Shown here piece after piece: positions 1 through 13,054 of a stretch of 64,000 nucleotides of DNA; the stretch's first letter is position 1, and every line of letters begins with the position of its first letter. The notes below the pieces were generated by a model. The model had not been told where the DNA came from and did no database searches. It worked only from the letters and a program-made list of their open reading frames with translations. The stretch is taken from the NCBI GenBank assembly GCA_030390025.1, contig CM059432.1:23500001-23564000 (forward strand), read 5' to 3'. The translations under genes and the position numbers were made by a program. The DNA is from Squalus acanthias. Taxonomy: Eukaryota.

Positions 1-554
1 CCTACCCCCGCCCCCCCGCCCCGCACTCTCCTGCCCATTGTGTATCTTTGGTCTCTTTTCGGCATTTGCAGTCAAGTATATGGGTAGAGTAGTAACATTT
101 AAAAGGGGTTCGGGGCTAAATTGGACAGCTCTTTCAAAGAGCCGGCACAGGCACGACGGGGCGAATGGCCTCCGTCGGTGCTGTAAGGTTCTATTCAAAG
201 AGGGCAGTTGAACAACGTACTACTCCTAGTTCTCCACAATTCCTGCTCCTTTTGTTCACTGACAGCTCAGGCTGACTCTGCCTGCAATGCTATCTCGCTA
301 TTTCCATCTGAGCCAGCACTTTTTCTACTGCAGCACAAATGAGACTAGGACTTTGGCCGGTGGAGGATTGTAAGTGGAAATGTACCAATGCTCTGGGCCG
401 TAGCACCACCATAATGCCTTAAATTAGTACAATAAAATGTTTACACAGTGATGTGTAATGATGTAATAGTTTCACCAACCTGCTAATTACATCTAAAAGG
501 AAGCTGAATCATATATTTTTGTTGCCAATATTGCAACAGGTTGCGTCATGACTG

Positions 555-3325
555 AGCTGGTTTAGGTTTAGCTGAGCCAGACAGACTGGGAAGGTCCCAC
601 TTTTGATTCCAACCAGAGATCAGGCCATCTTAGACTGGGTATTATGCAATGAGAAAGGATTAATTAGCAATCTTGTTGTGCGAGGCCCCTTGGGTCGGAG
701 CAATCATAATATGATAGAATTCTTCATTAGGATGGAGAGTGAAGTAGTTGACTCAGAGACTAGGGTCCTGAATTTAAATAAAGGAAACTACGATGGTATG
801 AGGTGCGAGTTGGGTAGGATTGATTGGGGATTGTCACTCAAAGGGTTGACGGTGGATAGGCAATGGCAAACATTCAAAGACCGCATGGACGAACTACAGA
901 ATTTGTTCATCCCAGTTTGGCATAAGAATAAAACAAAAAGGGTGACTCAACCGTGGCTAACAAGGGAAATTAGGGATAGCATAAGATCCAAGGAGAGGGC
1001 ATATAAATTGGCCAGAAAAAGCAGTAACCCTGAGGATTGGGAGCAGTTTAAGATTCAACAAAGGAGGACAAAGGGATTAATTAAGAAGGTGAAAATAGAA
1101 TACGAGAGTAAGCTTGCAGGGAACATAAAAACTGACTGTAAAAGCTTTTATAGATATGTGAAGAGAAAAAGATTAGTGAAATCAAGCATAGGTCCCTTGC
1201 AGTCAGAATCAGGGGAACTTCTAATGGGGAACAAAGAAATGTCAGACCAATTATATGCATATTTTGGTTCTGTCTTCACAAAGGAGGGCACAAATAACCT
1301 CCCAGAGATGTTGGGGAACATAGGGTCTGATGAAAGGGAGGAACTGAAAGAAATCAGTATTTGTAGGGAAATGGTGTTAGGGAAATTGAAGGGATTGAAG
1401 GTCGATAAATCCCCAGGGCCGGATAATCTACATCCTGGGGTACTTAAGAAAGTGGCCCTAGAAATAGTAGATGCATTGCTGATCATCTTCCAACATTCGA
1501 TGGAATCTGGAACAGTACCCATGGATTGGAGGGTAGCTAATGTTACCCCACTATTCAAAAAGGGTGGTAGAGAGAAAATGGGGAATTACAGACATCGGTA
1601 GTGGGGAAAATGCTAGAGTCCATTATAAAAGATGTAATAGCTGAGCACTTGGAAAACAGTGACAGGATCGGACAAAGTCAACATGGATTTACAAAAGGTA
1701 AATCGTGCTTGACTAATCTACTGGAATATTTTGAGGATGTAACTGGTAAAATAGATAAGGGAGAACCAGTGGATGTGGTGTATTTGGACTTCCAAAAGGC
1801 TTTTGATAAGGTCCTGCATAAGAGATTAGCGTGTAAAGTTAAGGCACATGGGATTGGGGGCAAGGTATTGACTTGGATAGGGAACTGGTTGGCAGACAGA
1901 AAGCAAAGAGTTGGAATAAACGGGTCTTTTTCCGAGTGGCAGGCAGTGACTAGTGGGTACCGCAGGGATCGGTCCTTGGACCCCAGCTATTCACAATATA
2001 TATTCATGATCTAGACAAGGGAACTCCAAGTTTGCAGACGACACAAAACTGGGTGGGCGTGTGTGCTGCGAGGAGGATGCCGAGAAACTCCAGGATGATT
2101 TGGACAGGTTGGGTGATTGGGCAGAAGCGTGGCAGATGCAGTATAATGTGGATAAATGCGAGGTTATCCACTTTGGTGTCAAAAACAGAAAGACAGATTA
2201 TTATCTGAATGGCAATAGATTGGGAGAAGGGGAAGTGCAACGAGACCTGGGTGTCCTTGTGCACCAGTCGCTGAAGGTAAGCATGCAGGTGCAGCAGGCG
2301 GTTAAGAAGGCAAATGGTATGTTGGCCTTCATAGTGAGAGGGTTTGAGTACAGGAACAAGGATGTCTTGCTGCAGTTGTACAGTGCCTTGGTGAGACCAC
2401 ACCTTGAGTATTGTCTGCAGTTTTGGTCGCCTTATCTGAGGAAGGATGTTCTTGCCATGGAAGGAGTTCAGTGAAGATTCATAAGGCTGATACCTGGGAT
2501 GGCAGGAATGACGTATGAAGAGAGATTGGGTTGATTGGGCTTATACTCGCTGGAGTTTAGAAGAATGAGAGGGGATCTCATTGAAACTTATAAAATTCTG
2601 ACAGGACAGGACAAACTAGATGCAGGAAGGATGTTCCCGATGGTCGGGGAGTCCAGAACCAGGGGTCACAGTCTAAGGATAAGGGGTAAGCCATTTACGA
2701 CAGAAATGAGGAGGAATTTCTTCACCCAGAGAGTGGTGAACCTGTGGAATTCTCTGCCACAGAAGGCAGTTGAGGCCAATTCATTAAATAGATTCAAGAA
2801 GGAGTTGGATATATTTCTTAAGGCTAAAGGGATCAAGGGCTATGGGGAGAAAGCAGGGACAGGGTACTGAATTTGGATGATCAGCCATGATCGCATTGAA
2901 TGGTGGAGCAGGCTAGAGGGGCCGAATGGCCTACTCCTGCTCCTATCTTCTATGATTCTATGATTCCTGGCTTCTGCCGAGTTATCTAAGCTCAGCCAGG
3001 TAACGTCAGGCACACTACAATTGGCATTATTACATTTAGGTATTGGGAGTGGGAACGTAGAAAGCGTTCCCTCTCCTGATCGCAATCCAGTTATCCCTAC
3101 AGGTAGTGCTTGTGAGTGTGGACATCAGCTGGAGAAAATATTTGGTTTGCCTGGGATGTCCTCCCATGGTAAACTAGCTTAATAGCCTGCAGTCACTGTC
3201 TAGGTTCACGAATAAAAATTGGCCACTAGTGGGAAGTACTGGAGGGCACTCAATATCTGTGGGACTGTACCCTTGCAAAGTGTCCTCACCTTCAGGACAA
3301 TGGGAGGGGCAAAAATCGGTGAAGA
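555..3325 (+). mobile_element. Old SINE-like repeat split by the CR1 insertion (pieces ~555-610 and ~2968-3325)
   Basis: GGAAGGTCCC head before the CR1 continues after it as CTGCCGAGTTATCTAAGCTCAGCC...CTCCTGATCGCAATCCAG...TGGCCACT; the same motif order recurs at ~7770, ~19680 and ~23300. Confidence 0.6.
611..2960 (+). mobile_element. CR1-clade LINE, 5'-truncated, ORF2 (endonuclease end + reverse transcriptase) broken by frameshifts/stops
   Basis: ORFs 603-1601, 1601-2014, 2061-2474 and 2535-2870 carry CR1 motifs (KSPGPD, DWRVANVTPLFKKG, YLDFQKAFDKV, LVRPHLEYC, FFTQRVVNLWNSLP); 3' tail (ATTCTATG)n-like; TGATTCC repeated at 604-610 and 2961-2967. Confidence 0.95.
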
Positions 3326-3337
3326 AAAACAGGTCCT

Positions 3338-4067
3338 GGCCTCGATTTTAAAGCCCCCCCTCACAACGGGCGGACGAGGGTTGGGGGTTAGAGGGGGCAT
3401 GGGGGGTTAAAGTATCAGGTTCGGCAACCCAACCCCATTTTTGCCCCGTTAAATTTTTAAGTGCAGAATTCAGGCCACGGACGAGGCTCCCACAAAAGGC
3501 AGGCAGGGGCCTAATCACCATACCAAACTCGCGACCTGATGACATCATCAGCGGCCAACTTAAATTTACCAGAAAGTGAGCGAGAGGCCTGAGCTATGGG
3601 ATTCCCGGCCGCTCAACTGAGGCGGGAGCTGCCGGCTCCCCAAGGTAAGTGGCTCTTTCAGCTCGCCTTGTGGGCCAGGAGGAGCAGCTGTGCTCCCGCC
3701 AAGCCCCTCAAGGAAGGCTTCGGCCTCCCCCATCCCCGACCTCCAGTCTCCCGCCAGCCTTCCCAATCACAGGCCTCCCGATTGCCGACCAGATCTTCCT
3801 CTTTCCCCCACCATTCCCGATAGCCGATTGTCCCCTCCACCGGCTCCCACCCACTCTCGATTGCTGGGGTCACCAGCTGCTGCCTCCTGCTGCTCGTGTA
3901 CCCTCCTGCCTGCTGGCCAGGCTGTCCATTTGGCCCATTGATGAGCGAGAGGTGGAGCTACAAAATGTTAATAAGGCTCTGCCATTAAGATTGGCAGGGC
4001 CTCCACTTTCCTGGGATCTTTGGTCATTTTCAGCCTCCCCCGCATCCTCCCCGCAAATATCGGGGCC
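3338..4067. mobile_element. GC-rich non-autonomous Harbinger-type DNA transposon (MITE)
   Basis: Imperfect TIRs GGCCTCGATTTT / AATATCGGGGCC; flanks CCT/CTT; internal TGGGCCAGGAGGAGCAG motif shared with the 6865 copy (inverted) and the 63663 copy. Confidence 0.75.
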
Positions 4068-5409
4068 CTTGGATTTACATCTGCAGTTGCCTAAATGATG
4101 GAGTGGGTGCAGACATTTTAGACTAGACTGTTACGGGAAACAGATCTTCATACTGAGGCAACACCAACTCTTTAAGGAAAAACAAACAAATCATGCTGTT
4201 TTGTGGACAACTTGAAAACTGAATTAAAAAGGTTTTTGGTCTCCTCATAGTGATGATCTTGTGGTTCCAATGCCGTATGAAGAAATATGGTTAATTCAAA
4301 ATCAAAGGCTGGCAGGAGAACTTACGGGCCCTTCCAATATTGTGCAGGGTTGCTAACCTTCCAGGATTGTCCTGAGGTCCCAGGAATTAAATACTACTGC
4401 GAGCACCCGGAGTATGAAAATAAAATTATGTTTTTTTTTCATTTGCGTTTATTAGTTACAAAAAATATTGAAAAAGAGGGGGAAAAAAGGTTGTTTGATT
4501 GGATGGGGTGATTGGAGTCATGAGTTCATGTGATCAAACCTCCAGGAATACGTGCAAAGCAGAGTTGCTGACCCTAATATTGTGCTCTTCAAATGTTAAT
4601 GGAATCATCGTATGATTTGTTTCGTTATTACTATTGAAAGTCCAAGATAAAGAGTCAAGTCCCATAATTAGGCTTTCAAATATTTGGCGTTTATTCCTCC
4701 TGAATTCAGGTCAAAATAGTTATCTTGAATTCGAGGCAACCTTTTACCAGATCAAAAATGAAACAAAATCCTTGAAATCTGAAAAGTTTGATGAGCAAAA
4801 CAATGTTGGAAAACAAATACAATGCTCTTAAGTTATGAAGAGCCACAAACTAGTTTCAGTGACGGTTGACATGCATCATTAGCTGCATCTTCCACCACCG
4901 CCCCTCTCCCCAGAGAACTCTGTACATGATGCAGGTGGACTTGACGTGGCTGCTGCCTGTACAGAGTGCTCCTCGAACCAAACTGGCAGAGCAGCTGTGT
5001 TATCACTCCGGGACTAAGCACGCAGATGCCAATGCTTAACTTTAATCTTGGAATTGATTTTTTTGGTATTCAATTGTTCGGTTTGATCGGGTTAAACCCT
5101 AAAAGAAGCAGGTTTACTGATAGTGCAAGCCACCACCAAGGTTGAAAAAGAGATAGCATCAATCATGAAGTTGCACAGGGTTTGAGGTCCTGACAGCGCA
5201 ATTGTGTAAATCACACTGATTGTGTTGGGTTTGCTGACTATTATTGCATTAGAATACTGAGTGCATTATATATACAGACTTTTACTGTGCAATACATTTC
5301 CCATTAATCAACTGACTATCACTTGGTGAGCTTCCAGCCATTACATTACATTTGTTAATCCTTCAGGTTAGGCATCATTTGCCATTGAATTGCTGTGCAC
5401 TACTGTAAT

Positions 5410-6860
5410 TCTTGGCATTGGCGCGGGTGCAGAGGAGATTTACTGGAATGATACCAGGAACAAGGGACTTCAGTTATGTGGAAAGACTAAAGGAGCTGGG
5501 GATCTCCTTAGAGCAGAGAAGGTTAAGGGGACATTTAATGGAGGAATTCAATATTATGAAGGGTTTTGATAGAGGAAATAAGGAGAAACTGTTTCCACTG
5601 ACGGAAGGTTCATAATGAGAGGACACAGATTTTGAGATAGTTGACAAAAGCACCAGGGGGGAGATGAAGAGAATTTTTTTACCCAGCGAGTTGTTATGAT
5701 CTAGAATAGACTGGAAATATGGTACGCCGGTGGTGGAGGGAGTGAATGTTTAAGCTGGTGGATGGGGTGCCAATCAAGCGGGCTGCTTTGTCCTGGATGG
5801 TGTCGAGCTTCTTGAGTGTTGTTGGAGCTGCACTCATCCAGGCAAGTGGAGAGTATTCCATCACACTCCTTATTTGTGCCTTGTAGATGGTGGAAAGGCT
5901 TTGGGGAGTCAGGAGGTGAGACACTCGCCACAGAATGCCCAGCCTCTGACCTGCACTTATTCCCACAGTATTTATGTGGCTTGTCCAGTTAAGTTTCTGG
6001 TCAATGGTGACCCCCAGGATGTTGTTGATGGGGGATTTGGCGATGGTAATGCTGTTGAATGTCAAAGGGCGGTGTTTAGACTCTTGCTTGTTGGAGATAG
6101 TCATTGCCTGGCACTTGTGTGGCGCAAATGTTACTTGCCACCTATCAGTCCAAGCCTGAATGTCGTTCAGGTCTTGTACCATGCGGGCACGGACTGCTTC
6201 ATTATCTGAGGAGTTGCTACTGGAACGGAACACTGTGCAATCATCAGTGAACATCCCCACTTCTGACCTTATGGTGGAGGGAATGTCATTGATGAAGCAA
6301 CTGAAGATGGTTGGACCCAGGACACTGCCCTGAGGAACTCCTGCAGCGATGTCCTGGGGCTGAGATGATTGGCCTCCAACATCCACAACCATCTTCCTTT
6401 GTGCTCGGTATGACTCTAGCCAGTGGAGAGTTTTCCCCTTGATTCCCATTGACTTCAATTTTACTAGAGCTCCTTGATGCCACAGGCGGTCAAATGCTGC
6501 CTTGATGTCAAGTGCAGTCACTCTCACCTCACCTCTGGAATTCAGCTCATTTGTCCATGTTTGGACCAAGGCTGTAATGAGTTCCAGAGCCGAGTGGTCC
6601 TGGTGGAACCCAAACTGGGCATCGGTGAGCAGGTTATTGGTGAGTAAGTGCCACTTGACAGCACTGTCAATGACATCTTCCATCACTTTGCTGATGATTG
6701 AGAGTAGACTGATGGGATGGTAATTGGCCCGATTTGATTTGTCCTGCTTTTTGTGGACAGGACATATCTGGGCTATTGGGAGTGGGACTAATTAGATAGC
6801 TCTTTCAAAGGCCAGCACAGGTACAATGGGCTGAATGGCCTCCTCCTGTGCTGTATGATT
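5410..6860 (+). mobile_element. CR1 3' fragment interrupted by an antisense LINE (pieces ~5410-5720 and ~6776-6860)
   Basis: ORF 5412-5615 RVQRRFTGMIPG...LEQRRLRG; CR1 3' UTR GAATGGCCTCCTCCTGTGCTGTATGATTC at ~6833-6861. Confidence 0.85.
5721..6775 (-). mobile_element. CR1-group non-LTR retrotransposon (second family), RT fragment
   Basis: 330-aa ORF 5694-6686 with RT motifs [29 protein letters not shown]. Confidence 0.9.
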
Positions 6861-6864
6861 CTCT

Positions 6865-7470
6865 GGCCCTGATATTTACAGGGAGACGGGGATGGTGCGA
6901 GGAGCATGGCAAGGCCGGGGATGTGGAGGTCCTGCTGAATTTAATGAGCTCGGCTCTGATCGGGGGCTGCAGATCGGGGTTGAGGCGGGGTGGTGGTGGG
7001 GTTTGGCCGTGATTATGAGACAGGCTGCAGATTGGGGCTTGGAGGGAGGAGGGTTGCTGATTGCGGTAGGGACTAGAGAGAGGCCGTGATTGGCGGGAGC
7101 CCTAAGGCTTTTTTGAGGGGCTGGGAGGAGCTAGTCCTGCTCCTCCTGGCCCACAAGGAGTGCTATAAAAAGCACTTGCCTTCTAGAGCCGGCATCTCTT
7201 GCCTCCATTTCGCTGCGGGGTTTCCCGAACCTTGACAAACTTGGCTGGCAGCAGTTAAATTTAAATCAGGCTGCCAATTCCATTGTGGGAGCCTGATTTA
7301 AATATGTTAATGAAGTGCCCCACCTCTCCAAGACGATACACTCTCACGCCTTGCTACCCGCGGCCGTAAAAATTGCGGCAGGCGTGGGTTGGGGGTTGTG
7401 ATTCGTGTTTTTTTAGGTTATAACCCCCTGGCCTGCTCCCATCCATTGTGGGGGAGTTACTATTAAGGCC
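6865..7470. mobile_element. Harbinger-type MITE inserted in the CR1 microsatellite tail
   Basis: Ends GGCCCTGATATT / TACTATTAAGGCC; flanks TCT/TAT inside the (ATTCTATG)n tail; inverted homolog of 3338-4067. Confidence 0.7.
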
Positions 7471-7769
7471 TATGATTCTAATATCAACCTGGTGCACGCC
7501 AAAGTACATAACCTTTTAAAAAAAAAAAAATTATTTGAGATCAAAATCGTATGTTTGAGTTCAGATAACCGTTACAATCTTTTAGAGCTTTGATGTCTTG
7601 GTTTACTTCCTTTTCTTACCTGAAACACTTGGTGAGGTTAAACCCTTATATTTATAAATATGTTTAGAGTTGCTTATTGGCCTTCGAGCCAATAACCCCT
7701 CTAGGATTTAATTTGATTTTGTTGAAAATGATCAATTAAATATTCATACACACCAAGATGTAGAGCTCA

Positions 7770-8110
7770 TTCAGTGGCTCAGTTGTTAGAACCACTCAGC
7801 CACACAGGCCTAAAGGTCCCACATTCAAGCCCCAGCCTGTGTTTTAGGCAGGCCTGTGATAGGCGCACTGCTGTTGGCTTCAGTGGCCTTGGGATAGAGG
7901 AGAGGAACAGTTAACTCGGGTTCCTGCTCCTGACTGCTATCCAGTGACCCATGTTATAAAGTACACAACTGAGAACATGATTGGGCACGGCTTTGATGTT
8001 CCACCACAACAGAATAGCCTGCCAACAATTCCAGTCTTGTGACGAATGGCCATCTGCATGACGTTCCCTATGGCAATGGCATCTGTGATCATACCCCAGA
8101 ATGAATTGGC
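7770..8110 (+). mobile_element. Old SINE-like repeat copy (same family as 555-3325)
   Basis: tRNA-like head TGGCTCAGTTG...AGGTCCCACATTCAAGCCC; body GTTCCTGCTCCTGACTGCTATCCAGTGACCC and AATAGCCTGCCAACA. Confidence 0.6.
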
Positions 8111-8369
8111 ATGGAGAACATGATTAGTTGAATGCTCACACACATTAGATCCTTGTTAAAAGGGAAGATGCAGCTTTGCTTCAATGTTCAGTTTTTTTTC
8201 CATTTATTGGATGGGTTGTCTTTTCCAGAGGCACATTTTGTGTAGTGTCTCGATTCCCCAGCTAATAACTAAAGGGCAACAATAGATGACCGTGTGCTTG
8301 GTTTGTTCTCGCAACAGAAGCGACTGCTTTGTGTAAACAGGATATGAATGACTGAATGGATGTATCGGA

Positions 8370-8480
8370 CCCACAGGAACATTGGAACAGGACTAGGCCA
8401 TTCAGCCCCTTAATACTGCTCCGCCATTCAGTTAGATCATGGCTGATCTGTACCTCAACGCCATTTACCCACCTTATCTC
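8370..8480 (-). mobile_element. CR1 3' UTR fragment
   Basis: GGCCATTCAGCCC...GCTCCGCCATTC...GATCATGGCTGATC is the reverse complement of the CR1 tail at 2875-2945. Confidence 0.75.
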
Positions 8481-8554
8481 ATTAGTAGCTAGCTCAATGA
8501 TTACTTGATAAATTTTGATTTGCATTCAACTTAATATTTTTTCAGTGCCAATTT

Positions 8555-9120
8555 TCAAACCTCCCCTTCTCCTGAAAACATGGACTCCTTACTGAGGTAC
8601 AGTTGCACAGACGCCAGTTGCACATGCTCCATTACCTTGCTCTTGCCGTTCCTCATGTGTGACCCGAGACAGTGATTGTTGGTAGGCTATGTGATTGCAG
8701 GGTATCTCACCAAGGCTTTCCCCCTCCCCCAACTCTGGGCACTGAGGGCATTTGTAATGCTCCTACTTCCATCCTAGCTAAGGTCAGGTAACTCAGAGAA
8801 CATCAGAAGTGGACCAAACTGCCGTGAGTTCACAACTGGTTAAAATCGCACAATGAGATGCTGCCCAATGACTCTCTTGCGTTTCAACTGAAAGGTTTCA
8901 CATTGTGGGCCTCGGGTGAGGACAGAATCGAACTTGGCTGTGATTGCCATGAGCCTGTAATAATGGCCAAATATGACTGCCACTCGCTGTCAAGGCCCGT
9001 ACATGACTATAACAGGCACTTGGATGAGGTATGGGAGTGTAAGTAGGATCAATGGAACTGTAGAGCAGCCAGGGATTAACAGGAGGAGAAGGGCAGAGTA
9101 AAATTGGTGAGAAAAGAAAA
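8555..9120. mobile_element. Two decayed fragments of the old SINE-like family (- at ~8555-8800, + at ~8900-9120)
   Basis: Shared motifs GGGTGAGGACAG, GGCTGTGAT, CACTCGCTGTC, GGAACTGTA and their reverse complements. Confidence 0.45.
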
Positions 9121-10754
9121 GGAAATCATGCAGTCCAGAGGCCTACAGCTTTGAAACATTCAATTGCAATTCCACAGAGGTGTTGGCAGAAGGGGGAACA
9201 ATGCAGCTTTGTTTCATTTGAGTTGTCTATTGCCTGCACTGCTGTCGGAGTTTTCATGCAGAGGCCAGGTTTGGGTGGAAAATCATCGGGAAAGTTGGGT
9301 CTGACTCATTCTGGGACACCTTCTGGTGGCTGGTTTGGAGCAATATATGTGGAGGCCTGGGAGCAGGTTTGTGTGGGAGTGGAATTCAGGGGGAATTCAT
9401 CGGAAGAAAGAAACTCATCCAAGGTGCTCCATTTCAGACGATTTTGGATTCCTTGCTTATCCAAATTACTCCCGAGAAATACTTGGGGGAAATTCATGAG
9501 AGAATTCTAATTTATTTTTGAAATGTCGATGAACTTTATATTTTAATGCCTCATTACTCACAAGCTGGTGTTGTATTTGGTGCTGGATTTCCTACTAGTG
9601 AGTAGAACAGATCTGATATTTCCGAGTATTTTCCCATAAATTCATCAAGAGCTTGAAGTACAACTGGAATTGTATGGTACAGTAAAAATTAATAACTGGT
9701 TTCTCAGTTTGAAGGATAGATGTAGAAATCTATAATATCTATCCATTATATATTGGTAGCTATCTATTGAATATTTAAAAAAAATTGTACATGTGCACAC
9801 AGTTCCTGCCTGCACAACTTGACATCCTGTTGTTACATTTCTGTCTCACTTTTATACCCACTGTTTCCCATTATAAGTTCCTGTATCCACATTTATAATA
9901 GATTTAGCTATGCAAATGCATTACTCCGATTGCACAATCTGGTCATCAAGATTTCCGCAAATCACTCAAAAAGCTTTTTGAAGTTATTTTCATTTGCTAT
10001 TTTTTTCCCCCCTCAAACTGAAATTTCTAATGTTCAAAATAAGAATTTCAACAAAATAAATAATATTATATTTATCGATTTAATTGTCCTTTGTGTCTTT
10101 TAATATTTTTTTTTACTTAAAAGCCTATTCCAAAAGCCTGAGCTTTGACTTGATATTTTTGGCCAGAGTTGTGATTCTGAATTTAGATTGTGCAGTCTGA
10201 GCATAAGCAGTGTGCATCATCTGCCAGGATGCAACACAATAGTTCAGTCAGTTGTACTGATGGAATATTCTAGCTGTTTTTCCTCTAATTGTTTTTTCAA
10301 AGTTACTTTGAAGAAAAATTAGAGGGCAATATTCAAAATCTATTCAGGTAAAATTTATATTTGCTGTTCTTTTAAACAGCATTTGCTTATTACTGTGAAC
10401 AAAAGATAGACTGTAGGTTACACACCTATTGTAGTTTTTGTGTTGTGTCCTGCAAACTTTAGAAAGTACAGTAAACTCAGAGAGAGATGATATTTTCCTC
10501 ATTGTAATTAAATACATTTTCAATTGAATTTTGAAGCAGCAGCCTCTAATTGTCACACCTGACTATCAACCTGTTATTTTGACAATGGAAAATATAAATA
10601 TTCTAATTACTAAAAGCAGTCACTGAAATAGACAGAGAGAGCACCTTTCTTCATTTTAATTTTATTTTTTCCAAAAAGAAAATGAGCTCTAATTGTAACC
10701 TGTGTTTTGTTGCTAGTAATTATAATGTTTACATTTTCATAGATGTGAGCCAGC

Positions 10755-10757
<3 letters not shown>

Positions 10758-10790
<33 letters not shown>
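10758..10790. repeat. (GA)n microsatellite
   Basis: Run of AG dinucleotides. Confidence 0.95.
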
Positions 10791-10791
<1 letters not shown>

Positions 10792-11382
10792 GAGAGTGGG
10801 TGACAAACAGACACAACGATATACATCCAGAAACCAATCACAAAAACACCCAATTCAGTATTTAGACATCTTTTAGAATGTCACGCAGCGCTGCAAAACA
10901 TTGCTGACAGACGCGGAGGCAGGGGGTGAAACCGGACGGCTTTTTGACCTTTTTTTTTTGCACAAAATGGGTCCGAAACTACCAATTTGTGTCGTCGATC
11001 GAGGACGACCGAAGCACACATATTGATGCAGGCACCATTTAAGGCCTGTGCATCTGCCTAAAATCAGCGCAGGGCCAATTACAATATTGAACTGAGGGTC
11101 CTCAGACTGATTTGGCGCCCATTTCTGAAATTTGCTTCCGCTACTGCTCGATTCGTCACTTCTTAAAATCCGCCCAGTCATGGCGGGAACAGTCTGGAAG
11201 CAGTCTTCACAAGTGCTAATTGAATGGATCCTCATCTTCGTTAAGGTTAGTCATTTCAGGCTGCTAGGGGGCTTGTTGGGCTGGGTTTGGCTGCAACGGC
11301 AATGCTCAAAAGCCTCCTTAAACTACTTTTTGGTGGTGAAGGAGCTTTTCTGTCCTTAAAATTCTGCACAGTTGTTGCTGTC

Positions 11383-12867
11383 ATGGATTTTCTACTGGGT
11401 CTGCCTTTGGGGGCTGGAGGATGAAGAACATCAGCACCAGCAAGGGAGAGTCCACAGATTTGCAGTTGCTGCACAAAGAGGGCGAATGAGGGGAGGTGGC
11501 AGGAGACCCTCCACCAAATGGGTGTTCAGGAACAGAATTTCACACATCAATCTCTGAGGACCAGTGCAGCAGGTGCCTCTGCTTCAGAAGGGAACGGTCA
11601 CAGAACTATGTCACCTGTGGCAGTGCAGCACCAACTAGAACCCCGCACTAGAGCGTGGACAGCACTGCCTGTGCCTCTCAAGGTCACCGTGGCCCTGAAT
11701 TTCTATGCCACATTCCAGGTTGCAACAGACGACATCAGCAACATAACCTAGTTTGCTGCCGACTGCTGTATCAAGGATGTCACTGAGGCTCTGTCATCAA
11801 GGAGGAACGACTTCATCTCAGTCGGAGCAAGTGAAGCAGAACAAAAGAGCTTTGCAAGGATTGCAGGCCTCCCAAGAGTGCAAAGAATAATTAACTGCAC
11901 ACACATTGCCTTGCGTGCTCCGTATCAAGACTCGGGAATCTATGTGAACAAGAAAGGATTCTGCCCCCTTAACGATGGTGTGTGACAACAAGCAGTGCAT
12001 TGTGCAGGTCTGTGGCAGTAGTCATGACACCTTCATCTTTTTGTTGTTCATTCATGGGATGTGCCATCAGCATTTATTGCCCGTCCCTCGATGCCTTTGA
12101 GAAGGTGGTGGTGGGCCTTCTTGAGCAGTTTGATACAACGGAGTGGCTTGATGAGACAAGTTAAGAGTCAACCATGTTGACGTGGGACTGTAGTCACATA
12201 TAGGCCAGACTGGGCAAGGACAACAGGTTTCCTTCCCTAAAGGACTTCGTGATCACTTTTACCAGCTTTTTCTTTCCAGATTTAAACTGAATTCAAATTC
12301 TCAAACTGCCACGGTTGGATTTGAACTCACGTTCTCTGGATTATTAGTCCATGCCTCTGGATTACTAGTCCAGCAATATAACCATTATGCTTCCATATCC
12401 AACAGTCCTCAACACCCTGTCTCTTGCACCGAGACCATCAGATGTTAGGTTGCTGCTTAGGAGACGGTGGCTTAGGGACGGTGATATCTCCTGTACATGT
12501 GGCTTATGACTCCTGTCAGGAACCTGGGCACAGAACCTGAGGAGTGCTATAATCAGAGCTAGGCATTCACCGGATCTCTGATTGAACAAACTTTTGGAAT
12601 TCAGAAACAGAGGTTCCACTGCCTGGACCGTTCTGGAGCTGTTCCGCTGTACAGCCCCTGATAGAGTCTCCAATTTTGTGGTTGTCTGCTGTACGCTCCA
12701 TAACTTTGCCCTCCAAAGTAGCCAACCCTTGGAACCACCTGGGGAGGAAGAAGTACAGGAGCAGGAAGATGATCAGGTAGATGAGGATGATGAGGAAGAG
12801 TGGGGGGGCGACCAATCGCTCCAGCCGACAGAGCTGTGAAGCAGCAAATAATTGAGGAGAGGTTAAG
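11383..12867 (+). pseudogene. Harbinger (HARBI1-like) DDE transposase pseudogene, interrupted by a SINE
   Basis: Fragments ALPVPLKVTVALNFYAT, ARIAGLPRVQRIINCTHIALRAP, VNKKGF, EQTFGIQKQRFHCLDRSG, VVVCCTLHNFA. Confidence 0.85.
12040..12395 (-). mobile_element. tRNA-derived SINE (partner of the second CR1-group LINE)
   Basis: Reverse complement of the 13056 copy: GCATAATGGTTAT...GGACTAGTAATCCAG head and GGGCAATAAATGCTG tail. Confidence 0.8.
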
Positions 12868-13054
12868 AATCCCTCCTCCAATGCACCAATAGTCCTTCCT
12901 CCTATCTCTCCACAGTAATACCCTCAAAGTGTACACATTCCTGGGTCTTGCACTACCATCACCAGCAACAGTTAACAAAAGACCAGAAACACCAAGGTGT
13001 TTCAATCTTAAGTTCATGATTACAAAATAAATTAACAATAGACAACTAACAGTC

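Noticed and set aside
603..1601. 332-aa ORF as a functional protein
   Set aside because: Fragment of a 5'-truncated, frameshifted CR1 ORF2
9151..9510. 119-aa ORF in non-repeat sequence
   Set aside because: No ATG start, no recognisable domain, no convincing splice sites
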